A stretch of 64,000 nucleotides of DNA from contig OZ241917.1 in NCBI GenBank assembly GCA_965203805.1, positions 3,648,001 through 3,712,000 on the forward strand, read 5' to 3'. Shown here piece by piece: positions 57,423-64,000 of this stretch. Both the position numbers and the translations under genes were made by a program. Each line of letters starts with the position of its first letter. Within the stretch, counting starts at the first letter, position 1. Under the pieces are notes generated by a model. It was not told the origin of the DNA. It did not search any database and worked only from the letters and a program-made list of their open reading frames with translations. Source of the stretch: Candidatus Latescibacterota bacterium (GTDB lineage: Bacteria; Latescibacterota; UBA2968; GCA-2709665).

Positions 57423-59576
57423 TCAGGCCACTGTGCCGGACATATCCTTCAACATCTCAAGTATGTCTTTTTCGATGGCCTGAATATCGGCCTCGATTTC
57501 GGCGAGTGGACGTGGTGGTTTGTACTGGTAGAAATAGCGGTTGAAGTTGATCTCGTACCCCACAAAGCCGACTCGTCCGTCGTTTTGATCGCGCTTTGAT
57601 AGGTCGATCCATGCGTCCGGCACGTGGGGCTTGACCTCGCGGTCAAAGAAGGCGCGGACGCTTTCGGGGACGCCGTCATCGTCCACTGGATCCTCCCCTT
57701 CCGCGAGCGGCACCCGTTCGGTGTCGCGCAACTCCGGGTCGGCTTCGGGCGCGCCGCCCCTCCCGTGACAGATCGCGGCGGTCTCGTCCCGCTCGCCCAG
57801 CGCGGCCAGAATCGCTTTCTTTACTGGCGCCGCGAGTTTCAGGCCGGCTTTCATCTCCGCATGCGCAAGTTCCTTGAGAAACACTTCCCGGTCCTTATAG
57901 AGGGTATCGGGCAGCGCTTCCAACATGGCCAATATAGCCTGTTGAAGGGCACGGCCCTCTGCCACCTCGCGTTCACCCGCGTCTCCTCGTTTCTTCGATT
58001 TCGACAGATTCTGAAATCCCTTTTGTTCACCAAGCCGGGTGATGCGTTCGGCATTCGCCTGGAAATTGAGGCGCAAAGGCCGCTCAACCGTAATTTTTCG
58101 GTACCCGAATTGTGTGGTCGGGAAGACGCGGCTGACGGTTTTTTCTTCCTCCTCGCCGTCTTCCGATACCATCCTGACTTCGCCATCCTGATAGTCGTGC
58201 AGAAGTTCCAGTACTTCGTCGGCTTTATCCGGCGGTATCTCACGCCGCTTGTCGCCCAGGCTACGGCGCATCGGCTGCCAAAAGGTCGTGGCATCGATCA
58301 ACTGTACCTTGCCTTTTCGTTCCGGTGCCTTGCGGTTGCTCAGTACCCATACGTACGTGGCAATTCCGGTGTTGTAAAAGAGTTGTTCGGGGAGCGCGAT
58401 CAACGACTCCAGAAGGTCGTTCTCAAGGACGAAGCGGCGAATCTCGCTCTCTCCGCTGCCCGCGTCGCCGGTAAACAGCGGCGAACCGTTCATAATGATC
58501 GCGATGCGTGCGCCCCCCTGGTCCGGCGCCCGAACGTGTGCGAGCATATGCAGCAGGAACAGGGTCTGGCCGTCGCTGATCCGCGGGAGTCCCGGTCCGA
58601 AGCGCCCGGCGGTTCCCCTTTCGTGCTCGGACTCGACCGAACTCTTGTCTCGCTTCCAGTCCTTTCCGTACGGAGGATTCGCGATCAGGTAGTCGAAATG
58701 GCGTGCGGCGTGGCGGTCGTTTGACAGCGTACTGCCGAACGCAATGTTGTCCGCGTCGCGGCCAGTCGGATCCTTCATGTACATGTCTGACTTTGAGACC
58801 GCCCAGGTCTCCGGATTCACTTCTTGGCCGAAGAGATGGATCTCCGCCTTGGGATTGATGGCGGGGCGAAGGATTTCGCCGTTGCTTCGCCTGCCGCTGG
58901 TGATGTGGTCTTTTGCAATCATCAACATACCGCCAGAGCCGCAGCAGGGGTCGTACACACTACGTACGACGCTGGGGTTGGCGATGCGATCATCGTCACC
59001 GGCCAACATGAGATCCACCATCAGATGGACGACGTCCCGCGGCGTGAAGTGCTCGCCTGGGTTCTCGTCCAGGGCTTCGTTGAAACGCCTGATCAGCTCT
59101 TCGAAAATCGTCCCCATCGTCGCGTTGTCGATCCCATCCGGGTGCAGGTCGACGTTTTTGAACCGCTCAAGCACCTGGAACAGCAGCCCCGCTTCGTCGA
59201 GCTTGCTGATCGTGTTGTCGATGTCGAAGCGTTCCAACACTTCCCGCATGTTGTCGCTGAAGCCGGCAATGTAATTCCTCAGGTTGGCGGCAAGTTGGGG
59301 CGCATCGGCAAGCAATGTATCGAAGTCATAGCGCGACGTGTTGTAGAACGCGAAGCCGGATGTCCTGCGGAGCTGCTCCTTCAAGTCTTCGAGCCCCATA
59401 TTCCTCAGCTCTGCCTGGCGTCTGAGCACCTGATGCTTGGTGGGAGCGAGCACGCAGTCCAGACGGCGCAACACGGTCAGCGGCAGAATGACGTCCTGGT
59501 ACTTCCCTCGCTTGAAGCTGTCGCGGATCAGATCCGCGACGCCCCAGATAAAGCTGACGATTTCACTGTGGTTCAT
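57423..59576 (-). CDS. hsdM: Type I R-M N6-adenine methyltransferase subunit
   Basis: GEHFTPR, YDPCCGSGG, GQEVN, ANPPY, LFYNTGI, GYEINFNRYFY. Confidence 0.96.
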   Translation of the reverse strand: MNHSEIVSFIWGVADLIRDSFKRGKYQDVILPLTVLRRLDCVLAPTKHQVLRRQAELRNMGLEDLKEQLRRTSGFAFYNTSRYDFDTLLADAPQLAANLRNYIAGFSDNMREVLERFDIDNTISKLDEAGLLFQVLERFKNVDLHPDGIDNATMGTIFEELIRRFNEALDENPGEHFTPRDVVHLMVDLMLAGDDDRIANPSVVRSVYDPCCGSGGMLMIAKDHITSGRRSNGEILRPAINPKAEIHLFGQEVNPETWAVSKSDMYMKDPTGRDADNIAFGSTLSNDRHAARHFDYLIANPPYGKDWKRDKSSVESEHERGTAGRFGPGLPRISDGQTLFLLHMLAHVRAPDQGGARIAIIMNGSPLFTGDAGSGESEIRRFVLENDLLESLIALPEQLFYNTGIATYVWVLSNRKAPERKGKVQLIDATTFWQPMRRSLGDKRREIPPDKADEVLELLHDYQDGEVRMVSEDGEEEEKTVSRVFPTTQFGYRKITVERPLRLNFQANAERITRLGEQKGFQNLSKSKKRGDAGEREVAEGRALQQAILAMLEALPDTLYKDREVFLKELAHAEMKAGLKLAAPVKKAILAALGERDETAAICHGRGGAPEADPELRDTERVPLAEGEDPVDDDGVPESVRAFFDREVKPHVPDAWIDLSKRDQNDGRVGFVGYEINFNRYFYQYKPPRPLAEIEADIQAIEKDILEMLKDMSGTVA

Positions 59577-59648
59577 GCGTTCGCTCCACGATTTCGACCT
59601 GGCGAATAACGCCGCCTATACCCGTTTAATTCAATAAATGTAATTTAC

Positions 59649-59995
59649 ATGGATGGACAGGATGAACAGGATGAAAACCAAAAAGCGCAACAAAAGCACG
59701 AGAAAACGAACATCAGAAACTACGAAACACGCGAAAAATACGAAAAATACGTGGCTGAAATCAATTGCCACAAGAGACGAAAAACCACAATGTTGCACGT
59801 TAGCCTGACACCCCGACATTTCGCCGGTCAACTAGATTTTGGACGAATCAAGGTTTTCGTTATTTTCTTCACTCATGTTATTGAAAATCAACCGATTATA
59901 CGACAAATGCACCAGTTTTGATGATTAGTTCAGGCTAACAATATAACACAAAATGGCAATAAAGCGGTGGCGAGTGGATAGTGGCCAGTGGTCAG
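59649..59995. repeat. Intergenic repeat mosaic 4
   Basis: GGATG(G/A)ACA 9-mer runs, ACGAAA/CACGAGAAA runs, AGTGGnn heptamers. Confidence 0.6.
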
Positions 59996-60239
59996 TTAAA
60001 ACCGGTGCAAGCCCATCGACACATGGCGTCACGAACGCGTGTTATTAGCGACTGCGAAAACAAGGACGTTCCTTATTATCGGAACAGGTCCAAACCGCAA
60101 ATAATATATCGCAAGACGACGAAAAAAGAACCGGCTTCAGTAATACACAAGCCAGTTCCGGGGACATGGTGTTTCGGCTGGTGACCGTCAATCGTGAGGG
60201 GTGGATGGCGATGGCGGCCAACACTGTCGTCTGCGGGAT

Positions 60240-60413
60240 TCATGCCCCACGCTCAGCCAGGAAGCGGGCCAGGGCGCCCGGACGACGCTCCACCGGCTGT
60301 AGCGTTTGTCCCGGCGCGCCCGATGGAACCAGGATCCCGCGACGGCGAAGCTCATCCAGCCGTTCGTCAATCGTCTGCTGCTTGTGATGTTGGTTCGCGC
60401 GGTTGCCAGACAC
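60240..60413 (-). CDS. Small protein (57 aa), possibly an antitoxin fragment
   Basis: GAGGAG SD with GTG start; MSGNRANQHHKQQTIDERLDELRRRGILVPSGAPGQTLQPVERRPGALARFLAERGA. Confidence 0.45.
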   Translation of the reverse strand: MSGNRANQHHKQQTIDERLDELRRRGILVPSGAPGQTLQPVERRPGALARFLAERGA

Positions 60414-60433
60414 GGGGTCTCCTCTCAGACACT

Positions 60434-60862
60434 CTACGCCGGACGGAACGTCACGACCAATTCCCGGCCGAGCGACCGCAGGGCCTTGTGAATGCGGTTG
60501 GCAGCGGTGTGGTGCCTTGGGTCGAGCATGCGACGCACGACTTTCTCGTTGACGCCGAGACGCCGGGCACAGGCAAGGCGTGTCAGACCGCTGTCCCGGA
60601 ACGCAAGGACGAACGCGGCTTTTGCAGCCATGTCGGGCGGAACGGCAACGTACTGCTCACCCGTGCGTCGGCGACTGGGCTCCGGGATGGGCTCGTTATC
60701 GTCGATACGGCCGGCGACCGCTTCCTCGAGGGCGTCGCGTGCTTCCAGCAGGGCCGCTGACTCGTCGGCGCCTGAGGTGAGACACTCCGGAAAGTCCCTG
60801 AACGAGACGGTGATCTCACCGGAGCGGTCCGGATGAAACCGGGCGGGATAGCGAAACTGCAT
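60434..60862 (-). CDS. hicB: HicB family antitoxin with C-terminal HTH
   Basis: YPARF...VSFRDFPECLTSG...ARDAL...IPEPS; upstream palindrome GGAC-atttgt-GTCC; no hicA seen. Confidence 0.85.
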   Translation of the reverse strand: MQFRYPARFHPDRSGEITVSFRDFPECLTSGADESAALLEARDALEEAVAGRIDDNEPIPEPSRRRTGEQYVAVPPDMAAKAAFVLAFRDSGLTRLACARRLGVNEKVVRRMLDPRHHTAANRIHKALRSLGRELVVTFRPA

Positions 60863-60981
60863 GAGGGTTTCCTGCCTTTCACAACCCAAAAAATAGGACA
60901 TTTGTGTCCGAATAGCAATGGAATCGCGACGGCATCCTTTGACGATCCGGCACGGTCGCGGAATACGACGCCGGGCGGTAC

Positions 60982-61019
60982 GACAAGACCCCGTCGGGAA
61001 TATCCAACGGGGTCTTGTC
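60982..61019. terminator. Strong hairpin downstream of tRNA-Lys
   Basis: GACAAGACCCCGT...ACGGGGTCTTGTC 13-bp stem; no clear T tail. Confidence 0.45.
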
Positions 61020-61056
61020 TTCGACCTCAGGCCGCTGGAAGGAGCGGCTGAAAAAA

Positions 61057-61132
61057 TGGTGCGCCCACAGGGAATCGAACCCCGAACCTTCTGATTAAGA
61101 GTCAGCTGCTCTGCCTATTGAGCTATGGGCGC
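61057..61132 (-). tRNA. tRNA-Lys(CTT)
   Basis: GCGCCCATAGCTCAATAGGCAGAGCAGCTGACTCTTAATCAGAAGGTTCGGGGTTCGATTCCCTGTGGGCGCACCA: 76 nt, 7-bp acceptor stem, CTT anticodon, TTCGA loop, encoded CCA. Confidence 0.97.
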
Positions 61133-61198
61133 ATACACTTGCAGCACGCAAACTGACAGTTTGCGCTACGTTGAAGGACAACGCTATCAAACCGAAAA

Positions 61199-61669
61199 CT
61201 ACGTCCGAACGTAATCCCCGCTGCGGCCGCCGGTTTTTCTGAGGAGGCGGATGTTCCGGATCTCCATCTCCCTGTCCACGGCCTTGCACATATCGTAGAC
61301 GGTCAGCAACGCCGTGCTCACGGCCGTCAGCGCCTCCATCTCCACGCCGGTTTTGCCGGTTACGCGAACGGTGGCTTCCGCTTCGATTCGGTCCGGTCCT
61401 ACCTCGAAACTGACTTCGATGCCGGTGGGATCGACGGGATGGCAAAGCGGGATCAGCTCCCACGTCCGTTTCGCCGCCATGATCCCCGCAATCCGGGCGG
61501 TCTCAAGCACGTTTCCCTTGGGCAGCGCGCCTCCGGAAACCAGCCGCGCCGTTTCCGGCGCCAACACGATCTCGCCGCCCGCGACCGCCACGCGCTCGGT
61601 CACGTCCTTGTCAGTGACGTCCACCATCTTCACGGCGCCATCGTCGGCAATGTGGGTCAGATTCACCAT
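61199..61669 (-). CDS. moaC: Cyclic pyranopterin monophosphate synthase
   Basis: LTH...MVDV..K, ARIAGIMAAK, LIPLCHP, KTGVEMEAL, YDMCKA, KTGG. Confidence 0.96.
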   Translation of the reverse strand: MVNLTHIADDGAVKMVDVTDKDVTERVAVAGGEIVLAPETARLVSGGALPKGNVLETARIAGIMAAKRTWELIPLCHPVDPTGIEVSFEVGPDRIEAEATVRVTGKTGVEMEALTAVSTALLTVYDMCKAVDREMEIRNIRLLRKTGGRSGDYVRT

Positions 61670-61741
61670 GTAAAATGTCCGGGAAATCTCGGAGTTCGAG
61701 TCGTTCAGGACAATTGCGGACGACAAAAAGGCCGTTTCGCG

Positions 61742-62968
61742 CTACCATTCTTCCAGCAGTACGATGTCCACCTCCGCGCCGGCCTCGAGCGTCTCCACCT
61801 CGGCTTCGACCACGAACAGGCTGTTCGCCCGCGAAAGGGAAAACAGGTCCGCCGACCCGTGGTGACCCACCCAGTCGCTCTCCCAACATCCGTTGACCTG
61901 CTCGGACCGCGCGGGGACGAACTGCTTGCGCCCCGGCGACTGCCGGAACGCCTGCGCCAGCCTTCCCCGTACCATCGGCCGGTGACACCCCGACATTTGC
62001 TGCATCTTCCGAACGGCCGGCCGGACCAGCAGTTCCAGGCCCACCACGGCCGAGACGGGATTGCCCGGCAACCCGAAGACGAGCTTATTGCCGCGAGCGC
62101 CAAAGGTGAGGGGTTTGCCAGGCTTCATCCGGATCCGATCGAACTGGATTTTCACCCCGCAATCCCGCATCGCGCCCTGCACCAGGTCGTATATACCCGC
62201 CGACACGCCACCGGAAAGCAGGACCACGTCACAATCGTCCAGGCCGCGTGAGATCACGTTCTTGAGGGCGGATTCGTCGTCTTCCACGATGCCCAGATAC
62301 CGCGTCTTCGCGCCGGAGCGCAACGCCTGCGCCATCATGGAATATCCGTTGCTGTTCCGGATCTGCCCGGCCGCCGGGCTGTTTCCGGGTTCCACGATCT
62401 CGCTGCCGGTCGCGACCACGCCGACGACAGGGCGGCGGTAGACGGGTACGCCGACCACTCCCACCGCCGCAAGGATCCCGATTTCCGGGGGGCGGATCCA
62501 CGTTCCGGCCTCGAGTACAACCTGATCGCGTCTCACGTCTTCCCCGAGGGGCGCGACATTCCGGCCCGGCTCCGTGGGCGCCAGTACCCGCACGCCCTCG
62601 CCGTCCCGCTCGGAAACCGTGTCTTCCACCATCACAACCGTGTCAGCGCCGTCCGGCATTGGCGCGCCCGTCATGACTCGGGCGGCGTGACCGGGCGAAA
62701 CCGTCTCCTGCGGCACGGACCCGGCCGGGATTTCTTCGATTACCGTGAGAATGGCGGGATCTTCACGGCGCGCGTCCGCGACGTCGCTGCCCACCACCGC
62801 GTATCCGTCCATGGTGGCCTTGTCGAACGGCGGCATGTCGATGTCCGATCGGACGTCCTGCGCCAGCGTACACCCGAGCGCGTCCATCAGCCCGACGTTT
62901 GCAACATCGATCGGAGACGTATGCTGCAGGACGATGCGGATCGCCTCGTCCATGCTGATCATATTCAT
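61742..62968 (-). CDS. moeA: Molybdopterin molybdotransferase
   Basis: PPFDKATMDGYA, MTGAPMP.GAD.VVMVE, TGSE, SGGVSAG, MKPGKP, LPGNP. Confidence 0.96.
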   Translation of the reverse strand: MNMISMDEAIRIVLQHTSPIDVANVGLMDALGCTLAQDVRSDIDMPPFDKATMDGYAVVGSDVADARREDPAILTVIEEIPAGSVPQETVSPGHAARVMTGAPMPDGADTVVMVEDTVSERDGEGVRVLAPTEPGRNVAPLGEDVRRDQVVLEAGTWIRPPEIGILAAVGVVGVPVYRRPVVGVVATGSEIVEPGNSPAAGQIRNSNGYSMMAQALRSGAKTRYLGIVEDDESALKNVISRGLDDCDVVLLSGGVSAGIYDLVQGAMRDCGVKIQFDRIRMKPGKPLTFGARGNKLVFGLPGNPVSAVVGLELLVRPAVRKMQQMSGCHRPMVRGRLAQAFRQSPGRKQFVPARSEQVNGCWESDWVGHHGSADLFSLSRANSLFVVEAEVETLEAGAEVDIVLLEEW

Positions 62969-63273
62969 CGGTGATCCCTCCAATTGCGCCTCACGTCAGG
63001 CTATAAATATATACAATGCCGGTTCAATTGTCACTTCCAAACGGAATCCTCCGATTTGCGCAGGATCTGCGGTGAGGCGGCATCCGGACGCTGCTAACCC
63101 ATTCGACGGTAACGTCATCCTCCAGGGTCCGTAATTTGACATTCCCGGATCGAATGCCTACATTAAATGCGTGCGCAAAGCGCTGACAGGCGGGGTCGCC
63201 TTGCGTCTTACCGGTTTTTCCCATTCGTGTTTCCGAGTCCCGATCCCATATTCGTCCCGGAGTTCGATATTTC

Positions 63274-64000
63274 ATGACTGATACTGACGCCAAAACTGCG
63301 ATCATCACGGGCGCGGGCACCGGCATCGGCCGCGCCATCGCCGTCGCTTTTTCCAGTGCGGGGATGAATTGCGTCCTGGCGGGACGCCGCGCCGAAGTCC
63401 TCGAAGAAGCCGCGGGAGCGGCGCGCAATCCACGGGCGGAGGCGCTTTGCGTTACGGCCGACGTCACCTGCCGGGACTCGGTAAGCGCCCTGGCCGACCG
63501 CACGATCGAGCGTTTCGGTCGGATCGACATCCTGGTAAACAACGCCGGCATCAACACGCTGAAGCGCGGTCTCAGAGATATATCCGACGAGGACTGGGAC
63601 CGCGTGGTCGACATCAATCTCACCGGCGCATTCAACGCGTTCCGGGCCGTCATGCCGCACATGGAGGACCAGGGAGACGGTCTGGTTATCAACATCTCTT
63701 CCATGGCCGGGAAACGGTCCGGGATGATCGCGGGTGTCGCGTATTGCGCATCCAAATTCGGAATGGCCGCGCTGAACCAGTCCATCAACGCCGAGTTCCG
63801 CGAAACCGGTATCCGTGCGTGCTGCATCTTTCCCGGAGAGGTCGACACGCCCATCCTGGACCTTCGCCCCAACCCCGTCTCGGACGAGAAACGGGCCGCC
63901 GCGCTCCCCCCGGAAGACATCGCCGCCGCCGCCCTGATGGTCGCCCGACTTCCCGGGCGGGCGATCGTTGAGGAAATCACGATCTTCCCGAGACGGGCGG
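63274..64000 (+). CDS. Short-chain dehydrogenase/reductase (3' end outside the window)
   Basis: TGAGTGIG, DILVNNAG, NISS, YCASK read in frame from ATG 63274. Confidence 0.92.
   Translation, partial: MTDTDAKTAIITGAGTGIGRAIAVAFSSAGMNCVLAGRRAEVLEEAAGAARNPRAEALCVTADVTCRDSVSALADRTIERFGRIDILVNNAGINTLKRGLRDISDEDWDRVVDINLTGAFNAFRAVMPHMEDQGDGLVINISSMAGKRSGMIAGVAYCASKFGMAALNQSINAEFRETGIRACCIFPGEVDTPILDLRPNPVSDEKRAAALPPEDIAAAALMVARLPGRAIVEEITIFPRRA

Noticed and set aside
40900-60100. Integron cassette array
   Set aside because: No IntI and no attC-like RYYYAAC...GTTRRRY structures recognised between the genes.
61057-61100. tRNA-Lys 3' end as attB with a duplicate at the far island edge
   Set aside because: I found no second copy of the tRNA 3' end and no integrase in the window.
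62984-63270. Moco riboswitch or small ORF upstream of moeA
   Set aside because: No convincing structure; a ~40-codon ORF has no supporting features. Best read as a divergent promoter region.

Overview
GC-rich bacterial chromosome segment, probably from a diderm of the FCB group (inferred from SusC/SusD, alpha-2-macroglobulin-PbpC and lipoproteins). 1-31.5 kb is mostly core genes: a SusC/SusD pair preceded by an XRE-HTH/methylmalonyl-CoA-mutase fusion, FAH hydrolase, CDP-alcohol phosphatidyltransferase, HAD, penicillin-acylase-family enzyme, cupin, LLM oxidoreductase, A2M-pbpC, GT2, serS, hemE-hemH-hemY, clpP and sat. It also holds a parS site (4725) and a DnaA-box cluster (7131-7340) that together suggest the replication origin. 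32-35 kb has an IS5 element and an HNH gene. 35-40.6 kb has an outer-membrane peptidase/propeller/barrel protein, an MFS transporter and an unusual 6TM ion channel. 40.9-61 kb is a ~20 kb defence island next to tRNA-Lys(CTT): a type I R-M system with hsdM, hsdS and hsdR separated by cargo (HigA, ATPase, AbiE, nuclease-TPR-GreAB-PIN, Mrr-like, ImmA/DUF4411, Fic, HicB). moaC, moeA and an SDR end the window. The most striking observation is a family of nine 19-37 bp hairpin inserts, CCTG(C/T)CTGC...CAGGCAGG. Three of them sit precisely, without target duplication, inside the IS5 transposase, and one is nested within another. All calls come from reading the sequence by eye; no database searches were run.
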